NCBI GenBank assembly: GCA_051649065.1
Contig: JBOFGJ010000684.1
Span: 1-48,681 of the forward strand
Length of the DNA stretch: 48,681 nucleotides
Reading direction: 5' to 3'
DNA from: Flavobacterium sp.
Lineage (GTDB): Bacteria; Bacteroidota; Bacteroidia; Flavobacteriales; Flavobacteriaceae
Shown in pieces: positions 36,025-46,147 of this stretch (positions within the stretch are counted from its first letter, which is position 1; the number at the start of each line of letters is the position of its first letter). Both the position numbers and the translations under genes were made by a program. The notes below the pieces were generated by a model, which saw nothing but the letters and a program-made list of their open reading frames with translations, searched no databases and had not been told where the DNA came from.

Positions 36025-38324
36025 TATACAGTCCCATTAACAGATAACAACATAGACCACCCAATCAGATTAAAATCTTTATATGGCTCTGTCTTAAATA
36101 GGAGTGATAGAACTTTACCCCTACCCCTAAGTTTATTTTTAGTTACAACAACAAGATTACCATCATTAAACTCACTAAATGCGTTAGAGGGAGTCCAATA
36201 TCTGTTATGACGATAGGCCTGGAATTCAGGGCCCCATTTACCAGATTCTTCAGAATTAGACCAATCCCACATAGATCTTATTTTTATAGAAGATTCATTA
36301 ACAGGAGAGAATGCAGGAGTAAAACCTGTTTCAGTTTTATAACTATAAACTGTTAAATAAGGAACCTGTTTATCTCTTTGGAAATCCCCACCACCAGACC
36401 ATCCAGTAATCATATGAGCAGCCGCATCTATACCAACACCATCAAGGCTGTACCAGTCCCTGAATTGTATATTATTATAAGATGCAAATGTTATTTTTAT
36501 TGTTCCTGATGTATTAGTGACCACAAGATAAACCAATTCTGATGTAGCACCTAGTTGTTGTACGGAACTAACAACCACAGGGTCTCCGCTATTAACAACA
36601 GGTACGCCATTATAGTAAACTTCATCTACAAATAGATTAGTAGAAAAAGGGGGCACTTTTACTATACCAACTGCTCTAGGTAAACTAGTACCAGTAAACT
36701 GACCTATTGTATTAGTGTAGAAAGCTCCTATACCTATATCAAGTATTAACTCTTTATTAGGTGCTGTATCACCAATCCTATTTACGTATAACCATCTAAT
36801 CCTACGCTCATACGCATCATAAGCACCGTACACATTAGCTTTGTAAACAAAATCGATACCATCAAAGAAACGTTGTATGGTGGAATTAGTTAGATTAACC
36901 GCTTGCCAATCACCAAACTGATTAGGAGATACGTGATATATACCATCATCACTCCAATACATGAACGTATTATCTACCAATACAATTGAGTTAGGTGCGA
37001 TACTGCCATGCTCTGTAACTTTTGATGTTAAGTAGTTAGTGGCACTAAATCCATAATTACTACCACCAGTTATTTTCCAGACACCATTTTCAGCTATAAC
37101 CATAAGAGCATCACCAACGTTAACCATCTGTTGGATGTTGTAAGCTCCGTCTAAGCGTAAGAAACCACCATCTGTAGCTACTAACTCAGGAGTCTTAGTT
37201 GATGTTGGGTCTCCTTCTTGATAACAACTATAGATATCAGATATATTACTAACTAATTTACTGAATAGTATGTATGAGGTCATTCTAGGTGAAAGAGAAT
37301 CTCCACCAATCAATTGTGAAGAAAAACCGCCATACCAAACCCTCCCAGCAAAACCACCTAATACTGTAGCTCCACCGGGTGTAGTATCTTGTGGAAGTGT
37401 AGATACTAGTGTTGTTAGTTGCGGATAAATAGATTGAAGCTTCGTAACCTCTTCTAACCTACTTGTACCACGTTGTAGCGCATCTATAACAAAATAACCC
37501 ATTGGGGCTAAGTTAGTACCTAGTGGGTTAATGAAAAGGTCGTCAGCATTAAAACGACTTGATGTTTTATCACCAGCTGCCTGAGTATTAGGATAATATA
37601 CGGGGGTTAACGAATCAGAGTTTGATTGGTATACACCAAATGAAGATTTAAAACCAGTTACTGTATCAGCTACAACATCTAGATTAGCAACATACCTAGG
37701 CTCTGCCCATGTTTGATTTCTTAGATTATAGGTGTGAGCAGAAGTCGTAGTTGATGGTCTAATGGCTAGGCCAGTACCTTCTCTTAGATTAGATGAGATG
37801 ATGTCTTGAACACCAAATAAATCCCTTACTTTAAGGTAGTTTGATTCTAAACTAAAGATACTACCGTCATAAGAGAGGGTTGTCACTAGACGTTGACCGG
37901 AAGCGATTACTAATATACCATCTACGTTAGTTATAGAAAAACGCTGTTCGGGATTAGCTCCGGCTATAGTAGTATTATATAATAAAGATGAAGATAAAGG
38001 TGTAACTGTAGAATCTAAAACAAGAATTCTATCCCCTACCTGTGTAACTAAAAACACCTTATCTGAGAAGCCACCGGGATTCTTCCATGTAAAAGAGAAT
38101 GTAGCTATATTATTTATACCGGTAGATGATGGGGTTAATGTGTCTATAATACTATAATCACTTTCAAAATCTAAACCACGTCTACGTCTACGAGTACCAT
38201 CTTTATTTAGGATGAAGTTTGTTTCTTCTATGGAGGCGTTTTCAGGGAAGGACATAGGGCTAGCTTCTGTAACCAACCCTTTAATATAAGATGTTACCTC
38301 AACTGCCGTTAACTGATTCGCCAT
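36024..38324 (-). CDS. Tail nozzle / tubular protein B
   Basis: ~766 aa, beta-rich, N-terminal GTRRRRRG, podovirus synteny; start re-called to 38324. Confidence 0.8.
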   Translation of the reverse strand: MANQLTAVEVTSYIKGLVTEASPMSFPENASIEETNFILNKDGTRRRRRGLDFESDYSIIDTLTPSSTGINNIATFSFTWKNPGGFSDKVFLVTQVGDRILVLDSTVTPLSSSLLYNTTIAGANPEQRFSITNVDGILVIASGQRLVTTLSYDGSIFSLESNYLKVRDLFGVQDIISSNLREGTGLAIRPSTTTSAHTYNLRNQTWAEPRYVANLDVVADTVTGFKSSFGVYQSNSDSLTPVYYPNTQAAGDKTSSRFNADDLFINPLGTNLAPMGYFVIDALQRGTSRLEEVTKLQSIYPQLTTLVSTLPQDTTPGGATVLGGFAGRVWYGGFSSQLIGGDSLSPRMTSYILFSKLVSNISDIYSCYQEGDPTSTKTPELVATDGGFLRLDGAYNIQQMVNVGDALMVIAENGVWKITGGSNYGFSATNYLTSKVTEHGSIAPNSIVLVDNTFMYWSDDGIYHVSPNQFGDWQAVNLTNSTIQRFFDGIDFVYKANVYGAYDAYERRIRWLYVNRIGDTAPNKELILDIGIGAFYTNTIGQFTGTSLPRAVGIVKVPPFSTNLFVDEVYYNGVPVVNSGDPVVVSSVQQLGATSELVYLVVTNTSGTIKITFASYNNIQFRDWYSLDGVGIDAAAHMITGWSGGGDFQRDKQVPYLTVYSYKTETGFTPAFSPVNESSIKIRSMWDWSNSEESGKWGPEFQAYRHNRYWTPSNAFSEFNDGNLVVVTKNKLRGRGKVLSLLFKTEPYKDFNLIGWSMLLSVNGTV

Positions 38325-38493
38325 TAGGAACACCCTTCTTAATTAGATACGCATCTATATCCCGCTTAGCAAAGATGGCAGCTGTATAATTACCTGAGAG
38401 GTCGCGTGGTAATGCGCCCTTACCTGAATTCATGATACGCTTCAAACCAAAAGTACCATCTGATAGGATGCGATATCCCTTATAATCTTCCAT
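38299..38493 (-). CDS. Hypothetical protein
   Basis: Coupled small ORF. Confidence 0.65.
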   Translation of the reverse strand: MEDYKGYRILSDGTFGLKRIMNSGKGALPRDLSGNYTAAIFAKRDIDAYLIKKGVPNGESVNGS

Positions 38494-39287
38494 TAGTTAT
38501 TCCTATCTTGTCTGAATGTTGGGTTTCGTTGTGTCTTATTACTACGTCTACCATAATTACCGTAGCCTACACCACCTTCTACTCTCCATGCTTTACGACT
38601 TAACCAGCGCTGTTGACGTGAGGCTTCTTGCTCTGCCTTCTGGTCTACCATCTGCTTAAGTTTAAACATAGCCTTAGATTTACTTTCCTCTACCAGCGCT
38701 ATGAAAGCTTCTTCAGGGAGGTCTGGGATAAAAGCGTCAAGTTGTTGCCAAGCTGGAGTTACAAAACCCATAGCTTGCACCTTAGACGTTTGTAACGTAT
38801 CATCTACGTTTTTATCATAAGAGTCAAATACTATTGTATTATCATCAAAAGAGGTATATAGTGTAGGGGGTATGTCATTACGAATTAATAACTCAATACC
38901 TGTTGGGTCTATAATTACATCTATATTATCAGCAGTGTTATTAAAATTGTTAGTGCGTCTTAGGAAAGCATCTGGGGTTGTATATCGAATTGGTTGATAA
39001 CGTTTACGCGGTTCATCTAAACGATGTACATCATAGTTTATAAATATAAGTTCTTTTACCAATTCAGGTAGGTACATATGTGTAGGAAGTGCTGTAGTAT
39101 TAGAGGAGGTAAAGTTAATCAGTTGCCGTGTATGAGGCCAATTACGATTAGATAACATAGCGTAGTAAGTAGTTCTTACAATCTGCGCTACTTGTTGACT
39201 CTCAATAGTATCGTCAATACTATTAACAATATCACCATCCATATCTGACAAAATATCTTGTACTATATCTAGTAGAGTCCATTTCAT
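38493..39287 (-). CDS. Head-tail adaptor / tubular protein A
   Basis: N-terminal TLLDIVQDIL...W motif; synteny. Confidence 0.75.
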   Translation of the reverse strand: MKWTLLDIVQDILSDMDGDIVNSIDDTIESQQVAQIVRTTYYAMLSNRNWPHTRQLINFTSSNTTALPTHMYLPELVKELIFINYDVHRLDEPRKRYQPIRYTTPDAFLRRTNNFNNTADNIDVIIDPTGIELLIRNDIPPTLYTSFDDNTIVFDSYDKNVDDTLQTSKVQAMGFVTPAWQQLDAFIPDLPEEAFIALVEESKSKAMFKLKQMVDQKAEQEASRQQRWLSRKAWRVEGGVGYGNYGRRSNKTQRNPTFRQDRNN

Positions 39288-39288
39288 A

Positions 39289-39720
39289 TTAGACTCCCAC
39301 TACTTGAATCATAACTGTTTGGGTAGTACCTAATGTATTAGCAGAAGCACCTAGAAGAACCACAGCTCCTGTAGCTACGGTGTTAGACATTGTAGCTAGT
39401 GTAGCAACAGCAGTAGTTCCAATAGTGTTACCAACATTAACAACAACAGGTATAACACTAAAAACTGTTGTAAAACCACTAATAGCCAAACTCCATAAAC
39501 CAGAAGAAGCCACTACTGAATAATATTGTGTACGTGGTGTAATTGATACCGCAGAAGGGTTTAATACTACAGGTCTGTTTGTTATATTACTATACCCTAT
39601 AAAACCAAAAGTAGTAGTTCCTGTACCTGTAGCGATAGGTACTGTGTTAGTAGCGGCTAATGAAGCTCCTTTTAATTCATGAAGGGCCGCCTCAGGTAAT
39701 GCGCTGTGTTCAACTGCCAT
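39289..39720 (-). CDS. Virion structural protein (fibre-like)
   Basis: T/V/A-rich, LHELKG. Confidence 0.6.
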   Translation of the reverse strand: MAVEHSALPEAALHELKGASLAATNTVPIATGTGTTTFGFIGYSNITNRPVVLNPSAVSITPRTQYYSVVASSGLWSLAISGFTTVFSVIPVVVNVGNTIGTTAVATLATMSNTVATGAVVLLGASANTLGTTQTVMIQVVGV

Positions 39721-39735
39721 AATAGCGTTCCTTAG

Positions 39736-39762
39736 AAATAAAAAAGGCCCAATTAAGGGCCC
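39736..39762 (-). terminator. Rho-independent terminator after the capsid genes
   Basis: GGCCC-ttaatt-GGGCC plus TTTTTTATTT on the minus strand. Confidence 0.8.
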
Positions 39763-39769
39763 TTTGGGT

Positions 39770-40120
39770 TTAAGCCACTACAATACTGTTGGCTGTATGT
39801 AAATACTTAACAATTACTACGTTACCTGCTACACCGCCTGTGACAACAATGGCACCTGATGTCTTAATAGGAGCAACTTCAGTAGCAGCTTGAACAGCTA
39901 CACCACCAACGGTGATTGCTGTAACGTTAGTTGGTTTAGTAACACCAGTAACCACTGCTCCTGCTGGTACAACGATTGGACTCACCAGTGCATCAGCACT
40001 CCAAATCCATACAGCTTTACGCTCTACACCATCAGAAGGCTCAAAACCTTTTGTAGCGCCTGTATCACGAGGGCCATAAAAGTTATTAACACCTAGACCT
40101 GCACTATTTTCAAAACCCAT
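39770..40120 (-). CDS. Capsid decoration / minor head protein
   Basis: Follows the MCP; PAGAVV beta-rich. Confidence 0.65.
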   Translation of the reverse strand: MGFENSAGLGVNNFYGPRDTGATKGFEPSDGVERKAVWIWSADALVSPIVVPAGAVVTGVTKPTNVTAITVGGVAVQAATEVAPIKTSGAIVVTGGVAGNVVIVKYLHTANSIVVA

Positions 40121-40135
40121 TATAAATTCCTTTAA

Positions 40136-41077
40136 TTAGTAGTTGACAGCAGAAGTGATGATTACACCCAAGGTATCTAAGCGCTGTGCGCCAATACCAT
40201 AACGACAGGTAGTAACAAACTCGTCACGACGCAGGTCTTTATTACGTTCACCTTCTGTCTTAGGCTGACGACGCCATGCAGCCATAATTGGTTTAGTCTG
40301 GTCGTCAGACACACACATAGCCAAGTTAGCAACAGCAGAGGTTACAGAGGTAGTGCCATCTGTGAATGTACCACGAGCCAGACGATTAGATGTGATTACG
40401 TCAAAACCAAACAAGGTCATAACGAAGCTCATACCTCGTGCTAAGCCATCTCGAAGGATAGACTCACCGAATGGTGTAACGTCATGAGTGATTGTTACTA
40501 AACCATTCAGCGTAGCTTCTACAACAGGGTCACAGATGAATACACGACCCTCAGAAGGAACGTTAGCTTTATCAAATGCTAGTCGCATAGAGATAAGGTG
40601 GGAGAGGGAGAATACGTTATTTGTTTCTGTAGAAGAGATACGGTGTGCAAAGCCGTTAATCAGGTTAGGGCCAGATTGGTTCTGAGCAGCATTACCTACT
40701 GCCAAGAAATCAGTTTCAAAGCTTTCCTGAATAGCACGAGTAGATTCAACACCACGTTGGGCTGCTAACGCTTCAATTTGACTACCATCTTCACGAAGGT
40801 CGTCAGTAATAAACCAAGCATCACCTTTCTGCTCTGTGATGGTCAAGGTTACGTTACCGGTTTCAATTGGGTTGTAAATCAGAGGGGTGTCTTCTGCTGC
40901 TTCTTGGATGGTTACAGAACCCACAGTTTTAATGTGGAGAGTAGTACCAGAACCAAAGTCAGAGACGTTACGATAAAACTGTTGACCAAGCAAACCATCA
41001 TGCAGATTTAGCAAGATAAACTGAGAATATTGCTCAGCTTCGATAAACGCTTGGGTATTCGTAGTTAAGTTAGCCAT
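40136..41077 (-). CDS. Major capsid protein
   Basis: 313 aa; FDKANVPSEGRVFI, FGFDVITSN, RYG; follows the scaffold. Confidence 0.88.
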   Translation of the reverse strand: MANLTTNTQAFIEAEQYSQFILLNLHDGLLGQQFYRNVSDFGSGTTLHIKTVGSVTIQEAAEDTPLIYNPIETGNVTLTITEQKGDAWFITDDLREDGSQIEALAAQRGVESTRAIQESFETDFLAVGNAAQNQSGPNLINGFAHRISSTETNNVFSLSHLISMRLAFDKANVPSEGRVFICDPVVEATLNGLVTITHDVTPFGESILRDGLARGMSFVMTLFGFDVITSNRLARGTFTDGTTSVTSAVANLAMCVSDDQTKPIMAAWRRQPKTEGERNKDLRRDEFVTTCRYGIGAQRLDTLGVIITSAVNY

Positions 41078-41092
41078 TTATAAGTAAATCCT

Positions 41093-41830
41093 TTATTGTT
41101 CTGTAAAGCCGTTATCGGCCATAATTTTGGCTTTAATCTGCCGCATAAAAGCAATTTGGTCTGCGGTAGAAGCGCCTGATAGGAGTGATTTCACTGGACG
41201 TTGTAGCGCGTCCTCTTTCTTTTGCATCGGTACACTAAAACTAGAACTAACCGGTGAAACCATTTTGGTTGTTGCTGCCTGACCAAATAAAGCTAATGCT
41301 GCTGCTGGAGAAGTAGCTGCAATATCCTTAATTGCTTGTACGCTAATACCTAGTTCAATAGACTTCTGGTTTAATACCTCAATAGCCTTATCGCCGTATT
41401 TACCAACCAAAGTTTCTTGTACTTTATTAATATTAGCATTAGCTACATTTAACGCATCACGCTTAGCTAAAATACCTAACACGGCGTTCTCATCTAAACC
41501 GCTAATAGAAGGGGTTTCCTTAACTACGGGTTGTTGCTGAGCTGCTAACCGTTCTACCGTCTCTTCCACTGTTTTACGCTTCTCTAATTCAGCTTTCAAT
41601 TGAGCAAGTTCAGCTTCTAATGCAGACTCTTTCTGCTTAAGCTGAGGAATATACTCTTGTGACGCTTTAAGAGATTGTAAAGCAACTTCTACAGATTGGT
41701 ATTTAGGTTGACCTGCTTCATTCTTTATTTCCGCTAAGAGGGTATCATAGGGATTTGAAGAAGTAGTCGTATTTTCTACAACCTGCGGTTGGGTAACTAC
41801 AGGTTGTTCTGTTGCAAATATATCAGTCAT
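41093..41830 (-). CDS. Capsid scaffolding protein
   Basis: Coiled coil, KYQSVE, between portal and MCP. Confidence 0.8.
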   Translation of the reverse strand: MTDIFATEQPVVTQPQVVENTTTSSNPYDTLLAEIKNEAGQPKYQSVEVALQSLKASQEYIPQLKQKESALEAELAQLKAELEKRKTVEETVERLAAQQQPVVKETPSISGLDENAVLGILAKRDALNVANANINKVQETLVGKYGDKAIEVLNQKSIELGISVQAIKDIAATSPAAALALFGQAATTKMVSPVSSSFSVPMQKKEDALQRPVKSLLSGASTADQIAFMRQIKAKIMADNGFTEQ

Positions 41831-41932
41831 AATATTCCTATTTCTTAATTGGTATTAAGAAGAGTGTTTAATTAAGTTATTAGATTGAATTGGGTCTCAT
41901 ATGCGAAGCATACATAGTATATTATATATCTC

Positions 41933-41978
41933 TTATATACTAATTAACCTCTAAAAATGAAAAAAGTTACTAATTTCT
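41933..41978 (-). promoter_or_regulatory. 46-bp repeated motif, putative late promoter for scaffold/capsid (copy 3)
   Basis: Same consensus, intergenic, oriented toward the scaffold and MCP. Confidence 0.7.
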
Positions 41979-41981
41979 TCA

Positions 41982-42233
41982 TTATTCATCTTCCTTACCT
42001 TCGGTTAATAGAGATATAGCTTCTTTTAGCGCTCTCATATAGCCTAAGCTATCTGCTTGCCTCAATGCCCAGCTAGGAGAGGTATAGGAGCTCTTATTAA
42101 GGCGCTCCCTAATCTCACTATCTACTTTCTCTTCTAACATCACTACAAGCCGCTCACGAAGGATATGAGCCTCTTTAAAATGTAATGCTATCTCCTTTGG
42201 ATTCTTAGAGCCTTTAGTCCATAATGTTTTCAT
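41982..42233 (-). CDS. Hypothetical protein
   Basis: Coupled to the portal gene. Confidence 0.7.
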   Translation of the reverse strand: MKTLWTKGSKNPKEIALHFKEAHILRERLVVMLEEKVDSEIRERLNKSSYTSPSWALRQADSLGYMRALKEAISLLTEGKEDE

Positions 42234-43996
42234 AGAACAGCTCCGGGGCCTGCTGGCATAGTTTGTTCTACTTGTAGGTCTTCCTGTGCCTGATTAGCTA
42301 GACGACTAGATTCTTGTGATTCAAAGATAGCAGCATTAGGTTTAAACAAGTTATACCCAGATAAACCTGTTACATCTTCAATTAACTTAGTAAGAGAAGA
42401 ACGCTGTAAGTCAGGTAATACAGATTGCCATAATGGACTATTAGCAACACCAATTAAGTTCTGTAAATCCTGTGCTTGTTTAGCGTAATGTCTAGCACCT
42501 ACAGGACGTAACTTACCTGATGCTGTAATATCTGATTTAGTAATATTAATAAATTGTTCTACACCTAGCGTATCATCCATAACACGGATAATATCAAAAC
42601 CATCCATTAAGCGTTTAGATACTTCTAACATAGCATTAAGAATAGGTTCTAATAATTCTACTTCATATTGAGTAATCTTTTCTTGGAAGATACGACCAGC
42701 AGCATTTTGGAGTTGTGTTACTTCTGTAGCGGTCTTTTCTCCCGGTGTACGAATACCCATAGCCTCACGTGGAGCACCTGCATATAACTCCATACGGTCT
42801 TCTAATTGGATAATCTCTTGTCCTGCTGCAATAATACCTTGTAAATCTACACTCATTGGTTGCACATCACTTCCACCTTCATCAATATGTATCTCTTGTT
42901 TAGGTGCCCAAGTGAATGCTTCTACTTCACCAATAATCTTCAATGGAGGGTGAACAACCAAATCCATTGCGTCAGCTTTAAGGTTATTAAGGTGGTCAAT
43001 TCGATATTGCATACCAACTAAGTTATCTAATGGCCCCATAGCCCATAGATTATCAGGACGGAAACGCCATCCTACATGATAAATAGGTGCATGTCCAAAC
43101 CAACTAGGAATATCTTCTGTACGTACAACTGTTTGACGGTCTGCTACTGTAACAACTTTATTACATTCCATTTCTCCAGTTATTTCATTGTAGAAATCAC
43201 CAAAGAATTCTAGAACTTCTACATAAGAACCGGTGAAGTATTCATACATACTCCCAAAACCGTCCATAGAGTATCCTATGGCCTTATCGAAGTCTTCCTT
43301 ATGATATCCACCAGCTGATTTTACAATCTCTTCACGGCGGTCTAGGGCTTTCTTCCAATAAGCTTGGTCAGGGTCTGTAGCAGCCAACGCTTGAAGTTCC
43401 CCAACAGATTTAATAGAACGGACAATTTTAAAACTGTCTTTGAATGTAGACGCCAATGGATTAAATACAATGTCAAGAGGAGAAATGCGGTGTACGCGTG
43501 GGCCGATATAGTCAGGGATGAGTGTTCCATCTTCATTCTCTTTATAGGTAGATTCGAATGAGACAGTGGCAAAAGCATTACCATAGTCGATATAGTCATA
43601 TAGTAACTTAGATGTCTCAGTTCGGAAATGACCCTCCCGGCACTTGTTATCCATATAAGTTTTAATAGTATCTGCTTTAGTTTTAATAGCAGAATCTTGG
43701 GAATAAGCAACCCATTTTAGCCAATCATCATTAGGAAATAGAGAACTAATATAGTTTGAATGTAAGTTATCCCTAATCTGACAGAGTTTTGGGATAGTTG
43801 TAGTGTTCTGCCAAGGTAATGCCCCCACAGTAGTTGTAGTGGTATCAGTAGCAAATACAAAATTACGTAGTTCTGTCCATTCTTGAATTTTAACCATACG
43901 TTGGTTATTGTATGTATCCCACAGTGATGTCACCCATTTAGCGGCATTCTCTGGTTGTAATGAGGCGCTTAGTTCAGCAACTTTCTTACTAGTCAT
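42230..43996 (-). CDS. Portal protein
   Basis: 588 aa; YGNAF, RISPLDIVFNP, GEKTATEV; follows the terminase. Confidence 0.88.
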   Translation of the reverse strand: MTSKKVAELSASLQPENAAKWVTSLWDTYNNQRMVKIQEWTELRNFVFATDTTTTTVGALPWQNTTTIPKLCQIRDNLHSNYISSLFPNDDWLKWVAYSQDSAIKTKADTIKTYMDNKCREGHFRTETSKLLYDYIDYGNAFATVSFESTYKENEDGTLIPDYIGPRVHRISPLDIVFNPLASTFKDSFKIVRSIKSVGELQALAATDPDQAYWKKALDRREEIVKSAGGYHKEDFDKAIGYSMDGFGSMYEYFTGSYVEVLEFFGDFYNEITGEMECNKVVTVADRQTVVRTEDIPSWFGHAPIYHVGWRFRPDNLWAMGPLDNLVGMQYRIDHLNNLKADAMDLVVHPPLKIIGEVEAFTWAPKQEIHIDEGGSDVQPMSVDLQGIIAAGQEIIQLEDRMELYAGAPREAMGIRTPGEKTATEVTQLQNAAGRIFQEKITQYEVELLEPILNAMLEVSKRLMDGFDIIRVMDDTLGVEQFINITKSDITASGKLRPVGARHYAKQAQDLQNLIGVANSPLWQSVLPDLQRSSLTKLIEDVTGLSGYNLFKPNAAIFESQESSRLANQAQEDLQVEQTMPAGPGAVL

Positions 43997-44004
43997 TTAA
44001 AATC

Positions 44005-45600
44005 CTATACGCTTCCACCGAAACGAGAGTGGCGAGCTTGTTGTGGTTTAAATAAAGAAATATCGTTATTTCTATTACGCTTTGGTTTAATAGCTATTTC
44101 TGTAGCAGATGCCAAACCATCCTTAACATCATCATGAGAGGGACGTGCTAAAGAGAGTTCTTCTTCTAACACCGGAGTATACCCGCCTTTAAAATGCCAC
44201 ATCTGTAAATTCTCATAACGATGTTCTAAAGCAGCCGCTATACGTTCTTCTTTACTACCCTGTGCTCTAGAAGGTCTAAATTCCTCTACAGAAAGCGTCA
44301 TACCCTCTTTCTTAATATATTCTTTAATATCGTTAACAATAATCTTCTGGGCTACTGTAACCTCTGCACGGAGCTTTTTAAAGGCCCATTTAGAATGTAG
44401 AGAAGCTATATGTTTGAAGTATTCAATAGTTCTATCTGTCTTAAATCTGTCTATGTCAAGAACATAAATATTCGAGTCACTGTCAATACCAATAACAACA
44501 ATAGCTGTATAGTCAGCAGCTTTACTAAGAGAGAATGCGAAGTCAACAGCAGCATATACGTTAAGTCTATTCTCTTTGAAGTACCAAGTTCCCCCTGAAT
44601 TCCTAAGGTGTCTCTGGTCGTAGTATTGGAATTTATCTGGGCCAATTCGCGCACTCCCCTTATCATTAGGGTCGTTATAGTATTGAGCGAAGAATTGTAC
44701 TTTATCTACATACTCTGCTCTAATACGAGATAACACCATCCTATCAAATCCAAAAGCTTTACCATCTCCCCTAACAGTACGAGGCCAGATAAATAACCCA
44801 TCCTGCTCTACAGCGTATTCTTTGATATCCCATACAGGTAGTTTATCACAAATCTCACCATCAGCGTCATACACTTCATATGCTTGATCTTTCCATGTAG
44901 CGTAGATATCTCCCGGATGGTAACGAGTACCACATGCCATAGTGAATCCACCGGCATTACGAATAGAGGTAAATTGTGATGCTTTCTTAGCTACACTTTC
45001 TCTACCATCTTCTGTATACGCATTCTCAGGAACAACTAAGTCGTCACTAACTACTACGTCAGCGTGCCAACCAGTGGTGTTAGTGGTTAACCCAGCTGTA
45101 GAGATAGTAGCATCACGTATACCTTCTTTACGTCGCTTAGGATGGTCTACAGAGAGCTTAGACTGACTCCATCGTTCTCTCTTACCCTCTTGTGGATTTA
45201 TATACTCAGGGAAATAACGCATATATGTATTAGAAGCTAAGATATTCTGTATAGCAAATAACTGTGTTGTAGCTAGTTCAGCTGTAGCGGATGTATATAA
45301 TATTGTAACTTCAGGATTACGAGTTATTACCCAAGCACACCATGTTGCAACCATATGACTTTTCAAGTGAGCACGAGGAAGCATAATCAATTTATTACTC
45401 GATATATCTTCCCCTTGACCATATAAGTTATATTCCTGCATCCACTTGAATATCTCTTTATGTATCTCACCATACATATATCCGGGATTTACCAATTGTG
45501 CAAATATGTAGAGGTCTTCAAGAGCGAGCTCTCTTAGCTCTTTAGCCTCTTGAGGCATACGCTCAATACGCTTATACGCATCGGAGAGCCATTGTTCCAT
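44005..45600 (-). CDS. Terminase large subunit
   Basis: PRAHLKS Walker A, DDLV, GTRYHPGD, QYYNDP, VDFA, ADYTA, HDDVKD. Confidence 0.92.
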   Translation of the reverse strand: MEQWLSDAYKRIERMPQEAKELRELALEDLYIFAQLVNPGYMYGEIHKEIFKWMQEYNLYGQGEDISSNKLIMLPRAHLKSHMVATWCAWVITRNPEVTILYTSATAELATTQLFAIQNILASNTYMRYFPEYINPQEGKRERWSQSKLSVDHPKRRKEGIRDATISTAGLTTNTTGWHADVVVSDDLVVPENAYTEDGRESVAKKASQFTSIRNAGGFTMACGTRYHPGDIYATWKDQAYEVYDADGEICDKLPVWDIKEYAVEQDGLFIWPRTVRGDGKAFGFDRMVLSRIRAEYVDKVQFFAQYYNDPNDKGSARIGPDKFQYYDQRHLRNSGGTWYFKENRLNVYAAVDFAFSLSKAADYTAIVVIGIDSDSNIYVLDIDRFKTDRTIEYFKHIASLHSKWAFKKLRAEVTVAQKIIVNDIKEYIKKEGMTLSVEEFRPSRAQGSKEERIAAALEHRYENLQMWHFKGGYTPVLEEELSLARPSHDDVKDGLASATEIAIKPKRNRNNDISLFKPQQARHSRFGGSV

Positions 45601-45602
45601 TG

Positions 45603-46097
45603 TTAATACACCTTATTAATACGTGAATAATCGGTAGTCCAGTCAGCAGCTAGGTCAGCAGCAATCTTGGTCTCCCTCTCTATATCGCTCTTAGAAGGTC
45701 TACCTGTAGGTTTAACATCCCAACCCTTATCAGCTAACCACTTTGCTGCTTGAAAGCCTTTAGGAGTTGTTGCAAGAGCTTTAATCTGTTGTATAGCCCT
45801 AGCTCTAAGTTTTAATTCAAGTTCATAACGCCATTGTTCTACATCTTTAGCTAAACGTTTATTAGCGCATATACGTTGCCAGTGTTCCCAACCTAAAAGA
45901 TATGTATTAGAAAATGTGTATTCACTAGGGTCTTCTAATTCTAGATACAATCGTTTTAGTGAGGGATAGATTACACCATCTAGTTCATGGTCTTCATCTT
46001 TTAATGTATATACTGCCCTTTCTTTATTGTATTCAATTTCTAAGAATAGTCCTTGTGTTAAGGGCATACCATTAGATTTCAATTTAGACTTATCCAT
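45603..46097 (-). CDS. Putative terminase small subunit
   Basis: Directly upstream of TerL; helical, AAKWL. Confidence 0.55.
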   Translation of the reverse strand: MDKSKLKSNGMPLTQGLFLEIEYNKERAVYTLKDEDHELDGVIYPSLKRLYLELEDPSEYTFSNTYLLGWEHWQRICANKRLAKDVEQWRYELELKLRARAIQQIKALATTPKGFQAAKWLADKGWDVKPTGRPSKSDIERETKIAADLAADWTTDYSRINKVY

Positions 46098-46147
46098 ATT
46101 ATAATCTCTTATATCATACTGAAGGGAGTCCCTTCCCGTTTTATCTA